DNA of 64,000 nucleotides from the NCBI GenBank assembly GCA_019752125.1, contig JAIEMM010000002.1, forward strand, positions 67,062 to 131,061. The letters run 5' to 3'. The notes below the pieces were generated by a model that saw only the letters and a list, made by a program, of their open reading frames with translations, was not told the origin of the DNA and made no database searches. Numbering within the stretch: the stretch's first letter is position 1; every line of letters begins with the position of its first letter. This DNA comes from Patescibacteria group bacterium (GTDB lineage Bacteria; Patescibacteriota; Minisyncoccia; Phycocordibacterales; SBAW01). This document shows positions 18,001 to 26,994 of the stretch, piece after piece. Both the position numbers and the translations under genes were made by a program.

Positions 18001-21000
18001 TTATGCCGCCCCCGTGCCTCCACGTGTTGTGGTAAATCCGAGTTCGCTGTCTGTGAAGCTGCCGTTCCAGGTTTGTCGCACCTCCATGTATGCACGCATG
18101 TTGGACGCCTCACCACCACCTATCAGCAACTTATCGAGATCGGTCGAGCTGTTTGTGCTGAAGAAATTTCCAACAATACGATTTGTAACATTTCCTGCTG
18201 TGTATCCGCCGATACTGAGGCTGTTGGTCGTTGGCACCATGCCGATTCCTACAGTTCCTGCAAAGTACGCGTTGCCGGTTGTTGTTGCTCCACCAAATAT
18301 CGTGAGGCCAGTTGCCTGTCCGCCAGCGCCGATCGTTGATGATGCAAACGCAGTGAAGCCGCCTGCAAATGACGATGCGGTGGTTGAGGTTGCAGTAAAG
18401 TAGCCTGCGAGCGCATTAACACCGAGGTCAGATGAGCCATTCACTGAGAGGGCGCGCCATGGTGAGGTGGTGCCAACACCAACGTTACCTGCAGTGAAGA
18501 TGCTGCTGCCGGCGCCCTTCGGGGTGAAGTTAAGGTTGATATTGGTATCAGTTCCCTGTGCAGAGATAGTTGGGCCAGAAAGCGTCGCAGAGTTGGCTAT
18601 CTGCAGATAGTTCACCGCGCTTGCTGCCCCTGCCGTAATGACGAGAGCCGACTTCGCACTCGTATCCGAACCGTTGGAAACAAAGAAATTTAGGTTTCCG
18701 GGGGTGTTCGGATTGTTCGCCGAACCTGGGACAGAAGCCGTGATCTGCGCAGGGCTCGCAAGTCCTCCCGTATTTCGCACCTGGAAGTCGATCAGACCGA
18801 TCACATCGTTACCGGAAAGCGAGCTTGGAGAGGCGACGCTTCCTCCTTGTTTACTGAAGCGCAGTACGCCACTGTGAGTTGTCGCACCTCCGAACCTATC
18901 GGCCTCAATTACCGCATTCGTTCCACTCTCAGCCTGCATGACGATCTTATTCTCCTGCGAACCGGTGCCTTGGACGACGAGCGCTGTGTTCGTGTTGCTT
19001 ACTGTAGATGGCGCCGCGCCGATACCGAATCCGTTAGCAGTCGCCTGCGCCCGGAGCGTACCGCCGGCAGTGAAACCGAGCTGGTCCGCGCCGATGTTGT
19101 ACATGCCCGTATTCATGTCGCCCGTGAAGGTGAAGGCAGGCGCACCCGCGGTACCGGTGACGGAAGCCGCAAAATAGGTTGAGGTTGTAGTTGCGGACGA
19201 AGTAAGACCACCAGCAAAACTTGACGCCGTGCTTGATGTTGCAGTGAAGTAGCCAGCAATTGCTTGGTTACCGAGACTTGAGGTTCCTTCAACGGAGAGT
19301 TTGTAGAAAGGAGTTGTGGTACCAAGGCCGACGTTACCGTTATAGTCGATCCTCATCGCCTCAGCCGTGGTAGCGCCCGGGGAAGATGCGCTGCTTGTTT
19401 CAAATGCAAGGTACCCTCGGTATGAACCTGAATTACCTGACGTGATGCGTGCGCCGATGTTGTTGTTTGCTCCAGTTGCCTGTCTAAACGCCATGGACTG
19501 ATAAAAGCCAGTGCCCGCAGAGCTGCCCGAGAGAATAAAGTTATCCTGATTTCCACTGTTTACCGATGTACCAACCACCTCAAGTTTTGTCCCAGGAGTT
19601 GTTGTACCGATACCAACATTGCCGCCGTTAGTTATAGAAACACGATTCGCAATTGAACCTGCAGCACCAGTTGCAAACACAATGTCAGCACCGCCGCGTG
19701 GCTGAAGCACCAAATTACCAACGGTTTGGAACGGATAGGAAGCGCCAATATTGTCAGTGCGGTAAATAGCTGGGTACAACGAATTTTCTGGGTAGGTTGA
19801 TTCAAATCCGCGCAGCGTAAGAGGGCCCGCGACTGAAAGCTGTGTGGTCGAGGCAAAGCCGAGCGTCGTCAAACCCGTAACATTGAGCGTTGAACTGAGT
19901 ATTGTTGCGCCCGTAACAGCGAGCGTCCCTTGCGCGGTGATGTTTCCTGTCGTTGTTGCACCGCCGTTGATAGTAAGACCTGTTGTTTGAGTACCACCAC
20001 CGATCGTTGATGATGCGAGTGAAAGGAAGCCGCTGGTGAAGGTTGAGAGGCCACTGGTGGTAAATGTTCCAGTCGAAGTAATAACTCCTGTGTTGCTGAT
20101 GCTAAATAATGTACTTGTTGCCGTTGCGGTTGAAGAGCCGATTGCAAACAAGGTTGTGTTTGTGTCACCGTTGTTTGCATGGATTGCAAAACGAGCGAAT
20201 GGAGATGTCGAACCAACACCAAGCTGGCCGGCTGAGTATGTTTGGCCACTAAAGCTGCCGTTATTTGTTCCAAACAAAATATTTTGGATAGTAAGTTGCC
20301 CGTTCCCTGTTGATGACGGCAACATAACACCGTTACCGATAGAAACATTGCTGGTACCAGTAGTTATTTCATTGCTTTGCGCAGAGTATCGTGGACCTAT
20401 AACGACGTTGCCGCTACCTGTCGTAATTGCCGAACCAGTGTTATATCCTAATAATGTATTGTAACCCCCTGTCAAATAACTCGATGGACCACCCCCACCA
20501 GCCCCCATACCGACGAATGTAGATCCTGTCGTTGAGGCATACGCGCCAGCGCTCGCGCCAATAAAGGTATTTTGTACAAATGCTGTTGAAGAACCAATAA
20601 GCCCTGCGTTGTAGCCTAGGGCTGTATTACGAGCGAAGGCGCCAGCAAGGTCATTGAAGAGCGCTTGATATCCAACTGCTGTTTCGGCGCTGACAGAAAC
20701 ATTTGCTTGAGCATTCAAGCCGCCAGCGCGTGGGCCAACAAAGACACTCATGTTCGTCGTGCTTGCATACAACACAGTACTTCCGTCTATCTTGTAACCA
20801 CCGGTTGAAGCCGAAGTATTGAAGAAGCCTGATGTGTACACATTGCCCGCGACTGAAAGAGTCGATCCTGGGGTTGTGGTACCAATGCCAACGTTGCCGG
20901 TTGAGACCACAAGATTTCCAGACGTGCCAAGATTTCCAGGGCGCAACATAAGATCCGCGCGTGTATCGAAATAAGAATTTCCAGTTGATTCAGCTGTAAT

Positions 21001-24000
21001 TCTAAATTCATTCACTCCAGCAGTGCTTCCAAAGAAGCCCGCATAATTAGAGCTAGAATTAACGGTCAAGTGACCTGCGTTATCCATGGAAAGCAACGTT
21101 GTGGTTGCCGTTGCAGTTGAAGAGCCAATTGCAAACAAGGTTGTGTTTGTGTCACCGTTGTTTGCGTGGATTGCAAAACGAGCGAATGGAGATGTTGAAC
21201 CAACACCGACGTTGCCCTGGACAATCAAGCCGTTAGTTGGTGCCGTTGTTGCCCAATAACTACTACCGATAGTAGTACCTCCTGAAATCGCGAGCACGCT
21301 AAGTGGGCTACCGAGACCTGAAGCCGCGCCAATACCCACAGCGTTACCGTTTGGGTTAATAAAGAGTTGCGCGCCACCATTACCATAGGCACTCGTACCC
21401 TGAATAGCTCCGTAGCCTCCTATATAAGCACCGAGCGACACCCCTGCCGAGCTACCTATTGTTCCAATGTTGGTGCTTCCAAAGTAGTTGCTGCTTGAAA
21501 TGGTGCCACCGCCAACTACGGCGAGACCAGTCTGCGGCGTTGTAGTACCGATACCGACGTTTGAAGCAAAGTATGCACGGCCTGTTGTTGTTGCAGGGCC
21601 GTTAACTGTAAGGCCGAATGTACCATCACCGATAGTTGACGATGCAAACGCTGTGAAGCCGCCAGCAAAGCTTGAAGCTGTGGTTGATGTTGCAGTGAAG
21701 TAGCCAGCGATTGCCTGGTTACCAAGAGATGAAATTCCTTCAACTGAGAGTTTTGCCCATGGAGATGTTGTGCCAATGCCGACGTTGCCTGCATTTGTCA
21801 CCGCAAACAACGTGCTTGTTGCAGTTGCAGTTGAAGAGCCGATTGCAAACAACGTTGTGTTTGTGTCGCCGTTGTTTGCATGGACTGAAAGTTTTGCAAA
21901 TGGAGATGAAGTGCCAATACCTGTTGTGCCTGCGACGATAAGACCTGTTGATGGAGCCGCAACGAGCGGATACCCAACCGATGCATTAGTTCCAACGTTC
22001 AAGCCAGAAAGTGGAGTAGATCCCGAGCGGATAGAAACACCGTTCGCCCCCGCAGGCATGTACAGAAGACCGCTACCGTCGGTGTTGTGGAAGAAGACAT
22101 GCTGGCCGCTTACCTCAAAACCGTAGTTACCCAGCACTCCTGTTGTACCAATTGTAGTATTTCCATTTTGGAGTGTTCGGAACTGGCTACCAACAGCAAG
22201 CCCGCCGCTTATCGTTGTTGTTGCAGTCGAGACACCTGCATTGATATTGCCGGCATTGTCGACAAGGAAGAGTGTTGTTGAAGCGCTGTTTGAAAGTTCA
22301 AACGCACGGCTAGTAGCAGCGGAACCACCGCCCTGAACACTCAAGGCTGCATACCCCGTTGTAGTGCCAATAGCTACATACGTAGAACCTATTCCAAATG
22401 GGTTTATGGCAAACGGAACTGCGCCGTTGCCAGCTGTCGAGACCGACTCCATATACGGGGTGCTGGCTCCTGCTGAATTGAGCAGGCGTCCAAACCCAAG
22501 TGCGCCCGACGTACCAGTAAAGTCAAACTGAACGGCTGTTTGATTTACTCCTGTTGCAAAAATGCTGCTACTTACAACCAATTTTTTGGTTGGACTAGTT
22601 GAGCCGATGCCAACATTGCCAGCGAAGTACGCATTGCCAGTAGTTGTTGCGCCGCCGTTGATAGTGAGACCACCATTTTGGTTACCGTTACCAATAGTTG
22701 ATGATGCGAGTGAGAGGAAGCCATTTGTGAATGTTGAAAGGCCGGTAACGGTGAAGGTTGATGTTGCAACCAAATTTCCTGCAGTGAGCGTACCTGAAAC
22801 AAGCGCGTCGCCTTGAACTGAAAGTTTTGCGTATGGTGATGTGGTGCCGACACCAACACTACCGTTTGACGCGATAAAAAATGCGGTGCTCGTCCCAAGA
22901 CCGTTTGTTGAAGATGCAACCATAAAGAGCGGCGATGAGCCCACGCCATTTGCCACAACAGAGAACTTAGCCCATGGAGTAGTTGTGCCAATACCGATAT
23001 TGTTTTCGACGCCTAGATTGTTGAAATACAGTTTGTTGTTCCCATACCCAAATGTTTTATACCCATACGTCCCATCCCATCCGTTAGAGATCAATGCATT
23101 GCCACCTGCGTCTTTTACAAGTATGGCACTGCCATTGTTATCCATGAGTTGAATTGCGCTTGCAACCTGCACCAACCCGTTAGACGTCTTGAGAATTCTA
23201 AGCGAGTATGCGTCGGATGGTTTGTAAATATATCCAAATGAGATGTTGCCTGAAGAATCAACCTCTATGTCTCTTGTATTTCCATTCGACGATTCAACCA
23301 CAAACCGTGTTGTCGCATCGCTTACCACCGCAAACCCAGCAGATGGGCTCGATGTGCCAATTCCAACTCTCCCTGCAAAGTACGCATTACCCGTTGTTGT
23401 TGCGCCGCCGTTGATAGTGAGACCACCTGTTTGTGTGCCATTGCCGATGGTTGATGATGCGAGTGAGAGGAAGCCGTTTGTGAAGGTTGCAAGACCAGTT
23501 TGTGTAAGCGTACCCGTGTGTGTGGTGTTGCCTGAGACAGTGAGTCCTTGTGCAGTGAGTGTTCCAAACGCAGCAAGTTGTGCAAACAAGTTTGTTGATG
23601 ACGCTGTTGTTGCGAAGAATGCGCTTGAGGTTGCGTTTGCAAGGACTGTATTTCCGGAGACCGTGAGTGTTGAAGTTGCGGTGATTGCTCCACCGAAGAA
23701 TGCAGTGCCTGATGTGTATTGATTGCCTTGGACGGAAAGATTTGTTGATGGAGAGGTGGTGCCGATGCCAACGTTGCCATTTTGATCTATTCGCAAACGC
23801 TCAGTTTTAACCAGAGATGTGGATGGAGTTGTAAAGAAGGTCATGAACGTACCGTTGGACGCAGTGTTCCAGTTTTCAGATGCGTACATACCAATCGCCG
23901 CACGACTACCTGTTACAAAATTACTTCCGTCATACCCGCGAGCGCCGATGAAACCGATCTGATCATTCGCCAAAAGTGCCGTTGGCGCTACATTTGTTCC

Positions 24001-25345
24001 TCGAGCAGAGCGCAACATAAGAGAAGATCCGCCTGAACCTGAACCGTTGTAGTAACTATCAAAGTACGCAGTAGCATCCGAATTCATACTGGAAACAGTG
24101 AGTGGCACAAGCGGAGTTGATGTGCCGATGCCCACATACCCTGCATTTGTGACGATAAAGTCCGTTTTGGTTGAAGAACCAACTACAAACGATGGACCTG
24201 CAATGCCGTTTGGATTTACTGAAAGCTGACCCCATGGAGTTGTAGTTCCAACACCTACGTTGCCGGCCGTATCAATTGCTAGTTGAGTTGTTTGGCTTGA
24301 GCCAGTCTGGAAGTAGATTGGAAGATACGTGCCAGTGCCGCGACGATTTGCTGCAATCAAAACATTACTTGCAGTAATACCAAAGTTTGCAAAAGAGGCG
24401 TTAGTTGGGTCGGAATTGTTGTACGCATTAACTGCAGACGTAGGAGATGTTCCGTTTGGAAGGAACGAGAAATTTGTATTACCGTTTGTAACATTTGTTT
24501 GGAAGGCGACACGGTTTGCGATAGTGGCGTTGCTGTAGTCTCCCAAAATTCGAGCGCCTAGCGCACTGAGCACAAGGTTACCTGTTGTTGTTGCGCCACC
24601 ACTTACCGTAAGGCCGCCTGCCTGCGTACCATCACCAACTGTTGACGATGCCTGAGAAATGAATCCCTGTGTCAACGTGACACCAAGCGGACCAACCGCA
24701 AACATCGTGTCTCCTGTTGAAGAAGCAATTTGCAAAATGTCGCCTGTCTGGCCCGCAACACCTTGGAGTTTGAGAGTTGGAGTTGAAAGGGAGCCTGATT
24801 GGTTAGCGATGTAAAGTGCTTGGTTGATTTCAAAACGTTTTGGTGCCGTTTTCCAAGAAATGAGTGCGTTAGGAACTACGTTGCCGCGGAAGAAGATAAG
24901 GTCCATGTCTTCTGCGTCAGCCGAGACATTGTCGGAGTTGATGGTGAATGTTGCAGACGCAGTACCTGCGATGGTTGTTGATGCGGCAGAGATGTTGTTT
25001 GCAACGATGTTACCTACGTACACATTTTTCCAATAGAACGATGGAGAACCGAGGTCATACTGGATGTTTTGGTCCGGCGTGAGGTTTGATTTAATCGAAG
25101 AATTAATGATCAAGCTGTTGGATGAGCTGTTGCCGAGAGTCACTGTGTTGCCACCAACAAAAAGATCTCCGCCGAAGTATGCATTGTTCGCAACCTGTAG
25201 CGTGCCAGGCGCTGATGTTGCAATTCCGATACCAAGTCCTCCTACAAAGTAGGCGTTGCCTGTTGTTGTTGCGCCGCCGTTGATAGTGAGACCACCGTTT
25301 TGGTTACCGTTACCAACTGTTGACGATGCGAGTGAGAGGAAGCCG
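15020..25345 (-). repeat. Linker repeat families C/D in the giant gene
   Basis: ASST(I/V)G.G...GLT..G.ATTTG at about 15020, 18255, 19945, 21560, 22615, 23370, 24580 and 25245; LGNQAIAGYFTATS.TASSFAGG at about 15125, 19210 and 21660. Confidence 0.8.
17879..18486 (-). repeat. 98-bp direct repeat pair (17879-17976 and 18389-18486), 510 bp apart, flanking the internal stop
   Basis: Manual alignment gives 94/98 identical; encodes NVGVGTTSPWRALSVNGSSDLGVNALAG(Y/S)FTAT. Confidence 0.92.
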
Positions 25346-26598
25346 CCAAAGAAACTCGATACCCCTGAGAGGTTGATGGTTTGCGCATTGAGCGTTCCGA
25401 TTGTGCCAGTTTGTGCAAAAAGATTTGTGCTTGATGCTGTTGTCGCGAAGAAGTTTGTTGATGTTGCATTAGCGAGCGTCGTATCTCCAGTTACCGTAAG
25501 CGAACCTCCGTTGAGGAAAAAGTTTCCCGTCGTCGTTGCATTGCCGAGCACTGTAAGGTTCGAGAGCGTTGTTGTTCCTGCAGTGAGCGAATTTTGTATC
25601 GTGACATCACCGGCAAGATTTGATGTACCTGAAACAAAAAGGCGTCTAGTTTCTACGTACTGTGCATTGATGTCGTCAGCAGTAGTGGTGTTGCGAAGAC
25701 GAACATCCGAGAGATTATTTATGACCTGCGAAACAGCGAAGTTTTGGTGTGGACTTTCGTGGCCCGGATTCTGGAGGAAAGAAATCTGTACTGCGAGACG
25801 GTTGTAGAGATCCTCGAGGCGGCCGTTGAGTTCCTCCTGAGTGACACCGCCAACTGCAACACTGCGCTCCACAACACGCTCAACAACAGGATAGTTATTT
25901 ACGATCTGAGTTTTTGAAGTCGTACCAGATGCTGCGGATGCCGAAGTAGAATTCGTCCGCGGTGCCCCAGCACCGATCGGCGAATTCTGCGCAGGTTCGG
26001 TTGTAATTTTTTGTGTAGGCTGGATGACAACGTTTTGTGCAACTTGTGTCTTATCACCAAACAACGTTGCAAAAACATTCGAGAGAAAATTTGTTGCGCC
26101 CGCAAATGCGTTACCTGCGCCCGTTGGCAACACAACTGCTGGCGCCTGTGTGCCGAAGAATGGAGATTGTGCTTCAGAGATTGCAGCGTACTGATTTTGG
26201 TGCGGCACATTCATGCTGCTTGCAAACACAAGTGCGCCAACCAAAAGAACCGCACCAACCGCCATACCTATAGGGGCACCGACAGAAACTTTTTTTACAC
26301 GCAAAAAAATTTGCTCTATTAGAGTGCTGTTTTGAATTTGATATGAGGTCTTTTCGCTTCGGCGTTGCTCTGCAAGCTGGGCTGAGCGCTGCTCTTTAGC
26401 CAAGGTGCGAGCAGATTCAAACTCTTCGATGGAGGAAGGGACCACAAACCACTGGCCGCCAATCTGTTCACCAATGAGCTTTCCTTCACGGCAAAGCTTG
26501 GAGACATAGTCTGGAGCGCACTTCAAACGCGCAGCTACTTTGCGCGCCGAGAGCATCGGTTGACCATCGTTTGAAATTATTTTTTTCGAGGATGTCAT
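18001..26598 (-). CDS. N-terminal part of giant fibre/adhesin gene: excisionase/MerR-like HTH, TM helix, Ser/Thr/Gly-rich repeat modules; ends at a probable premature TAA
   Basis: LSARKVAARLKCAPDYVSKLCREGKLIGEQIGGQWFV HTH; hydrophobic segment at about aa 107-126; many GNVGIGTTxP and GGATTTGNAYF repeats. Confidence 0.85.
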   Translation of the reverse strand: MTSSKKIISNDGQPMLSARKVAARLKCAPDYVSKLCREGKLIGEQIGGQWFVVPSSIEEFESARTLAKEQRSAQLAEQRRSEKTSYQIQNSTLIEQIFLRVKKVSVGAPIGMAVGAVLLVGALVFASSMNVPHQNQYAAISEAQSPFFGTQAPAVVLPTGAGNAFAGATNFLSNVFATLFGDKTQVAQNVVIQPTQKITTEPAQNSPIGAGAPRTNSTSASAASGTTSKTQIVNNYPVVERVVERSVAVGGVTQEELNGRLEDLYNRLAVQISFLQNPGHESPHQNFAVSQVINNLSDVRLRNTTTADDINAQYVETRRLFVSGTSNLAGDVTIQNSLTAGTTTLSNLTVLGNATTTGNFFLNGGSLTVTGDTTLANATSTNFFATTASSTNLFAQTGTIGTLNAQTINLSGVSSFFGGFLSLASSTVGNGNQNGGLTINGGATTTGNAYFVGGLGIGIATSAPGTLQVANNAYFGGDLFVGGNTVTLGNSSSNSLIINSSIKSNLTPDQNIQYDLGSPSFYWKNVYVGNIVANNISAASTTIAGTASATFTINSDNVSADAEDMDLIFFRGNVVPNALISWKTAPKRFEINQALYIANQSGSLSTPTLKLQGVAGQTGDILQIASSTGDTMFAVGPLGVTLTQGFISQASSTVGDGTQAGGLTVSGGATTTGNLVLSALGARILGDYSNATIANRVAFQTNVTNGNTNFSFLPNGTSPTSAVNAYNNSDPTNASFANFGITASNVLIAANRRGTGTYLPIYFQTGSSQTTQLAIDTAGNVGVGTTTPWGQLSVNPNGIAGPSFVVGSSTKTDFIVTNAGYVGIGTSTPLVPLTVSSMNSDATAYFDSYYNGSGSGGSSLMLRSARGTNVAPTALLANDQIGFIGARGYDGSNFVTGSRAAIGMYASENWNTASNGTFMTFFTTPSTSLVKTERLRIDQNGNVGIGTTSPSTNLSVQGNQYTSGTAFFGGAITATSTLTVSGNTVLANATSSAFFATTASSTNLFAQLAAFGTLTAQGLTVSGNTTHTGTLTQTGLATFTNGFLSLASSTIGNGTQTGGLTINGGATTTGNAYFAGRVGIGTSSPSAGFAVVSDATTRFVVESSNGNTRDIEVDSSGNISFGYIYKPSDAYSLRILKTSNGLVQVASAIQLMDNNGSAILVKDAGGNALISNGWDGTYGYKTFGYGNNKLYFNNLGVENNIGIGTTTPWAKFSVVANGVGSSPLFMVASSTNGLGTSTAFFIASNGSVGVGTTSPYAKLSVQGDALVSGTLTAGNLVATSTFTVTGLSTFTNGFLSLASSTIGNGNQNGGLTINGGATTTGNAYFAGNVGIGSTSPTKKLVVSSSIFATGVNQTAVQFDFTGTSGALGFGRLLNSAGASTPYMESVSTAGNGAVPFAINPFGIGSTYVAIGTTTGYAALSVQGGGSAATSRAFELSNSASTTLFLVDNAGNINAGVSTATTTISGGLAVGSQFRTLQNGNTTIGTTGVLGNYGFEVSGQHVFFHNTDGSGLLYMPAGANGVSIRSGSTPLSGLNVGTNASVGYPLVAAPSTGLIVAGTTGIGTSSPFAKLSVHANNGDTNTTLFAIGSSTATATSTLFAVTNAGNVGIGTTSPWAKLSVEGISSLGNQAIAGYFTATSTTASSFAGGFTAFASSTIGDGTFGLTVNGPATTTGRAYFASNVGIGTTTPQTGLAVVGGGTISSSNYFGSTNIGTIGSSAGVSLGAYIGGYGAIQGTSAYGNGGAQLFINPNGNAVGIGAASGLGSPLSVLAISGGTTIGSSYWATTAPTNGLIVQGNVGVGSTSPFARFAIHANNGDTNTTLFAIGSSTATATTTLLSMDNAGHLTVNSSSNYAGFFGSTAGVNEFRITAESTGNSYFDTRADLMLRPGNLGTSGNLVVSTGNVGIGTTTPGSTLSVAGNVYTSGFFNTSASTGGYKIDGSTVLYASTTNMSVFVGPRAGGLNAQANVSVSAETAVGYQALFNDLAGAFARNTALGYNAGLIGSSTAFVQNTFIGASAGAYASTTGSTFVGMGAGGGGPSSYLTGGYNTLLGYNTGSAITTGSGNVVIGPRYSAQSNEITTGTSNVSIGNGVMLPSSTGNGQLTIQNILFGTNNGSFSGQTYSAGQLGVGSTSPFARFAIHANNGDTNTTLFAIGSSTATATSTLFSISNTGVITSTGTFTTSGLSTFTSGFLSLASSTIGGGTQTTGLTINGGATTTGNITAQGTLAVTGATILSSTLNVTGLTTLGFASTTQLSVAGPLTLRGFESTYPENSLYPAIYRTDNIGASYPFQTVGNLVLQPRGGADIVFATGAAGSIANRVSITNGGNVGIGTTTPGTKLEVVGTSVNSGNQDNFILSGSSAGTGFYQSMAFRQATGANNNIGARITSGNSGSYRGYLAFETSSASSPGATTAEAMRIDYNGNVGLGTTTPFYKLSVEGTSSLGNQAIAGYFTATSSTASSFAGGLTSSATTTSTYFAASVTGTAGAPAFTFTGDMNTGMYNIGADQLGFTAGGTLRAQATANGFGIGAAPSTVSNTNTALVVQGTGSQENKIVMQAESGTNAVIEADRFGGATTHSGVLRFSKQGGSVASPSSLSGNDVIGLIDFQVRNTGGLASPAQITASVPGSANNPNTPGNLNFFVSNGSDTSAKSALVITAGAASAVNYLQIANSATLSGPTISAQGTDTNINLNFTPKGAGSSIFTAGNVGVGTTSPWRALSVNGSSDLGVNALAGYFTATSTTASSFAGGFTAFASSTIGAGGQATGLTIFGGATTTGNAYFAGTVGIGMVPTTNSLSIGGYTAGNVTNRIVGNFFSTNSSTDLDKLLIGGGEASNMRAYMEVRQTWNGSFTDSELGFTTTRGGTGAA

Positions 26599-26916
26599 GA
26601 AGTCCGATATTGCTTTTGTTTGTCCAGTGATTTCGGAGAAGGCACTACATATATTTTACGAGAAAAGTTGTTATTTCTTCAGGAAATTTTCATCAAAAAC
26701 TGTGGATAGAAAATAATTAAAAACTTCGTAAAAGCTTTTATAACAAAAGTTATTTTGGAAAACGTATTCAAGTACATCAACAAATTTTTATGCGCTGTTT
26801 TTAGTACAAAGTTTTTGAAAATTATTGCTAATTTTTGTTACTACTTTTTTTATTATGTTTTATAGATTTATCGTATTGCCTTACCGATATCTCGGCTAAA
26901 CGAGTTGATAAATATA

Positions 26917-26957
26917 AGAAAAATGCCCTGATCGGGCTACCGTCAGGGCGATTTTCT
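26917..26957 (-). terminator. Probable intrinsic terminator after the HTH-TM gene
   Basis: Minus strand GCCCTGACGG-TAGC-CCGATCAGGGC followed by ATTTTTCTT. Confidence 0.7.
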
Positions 26958-26994
26958 ATGAGATTTTTCTTAGTAAATTCTTACCAAAAAATTT

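Larger units (their letters stand above)
12397..21915 (-). repeat. Linker repeat family A in the giant gene (about 110 bp, 5 copies)
   Basis: PFA(R/K)..(H/Q)A.NGD.NTTLFAIGSSTATAT.TL with near-identical DNA at about 12397-12510, 15842-15956, 20117-20231, 21094-21207 and 21803-21915. Confidence 0.85.

Noticed and set aside
18001-18003. Alternative genetic code explaining the internal stop
   Set aside because: TAA, TAG and TGA all terminate conserved genes in this window, and known CPR recoding affects TGA only.
11451-26507. Numerous short alternative-frame and antisense ORFs over the giant gene
   Set aside because: Shadow ORFs caused by Gly/Thr/Ala/Ser codon bias; they have no motifs of their own.
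11194-26598. Diversity-generating retroelement (TR/VR pair) among the giant-gene repeats
   Set aside because: No reverse transcriptase in the window. Mismatches in the best repeat pair are not adenine-specific and are mostly synonymous.
11194-26598. CRISPR array or prophage tail gene
   Set aside because: The repeats are long, irregularly spaced and protein-coding. There are no cas, capsid, terminase or integrase genes, and the protein has a TM anchor.
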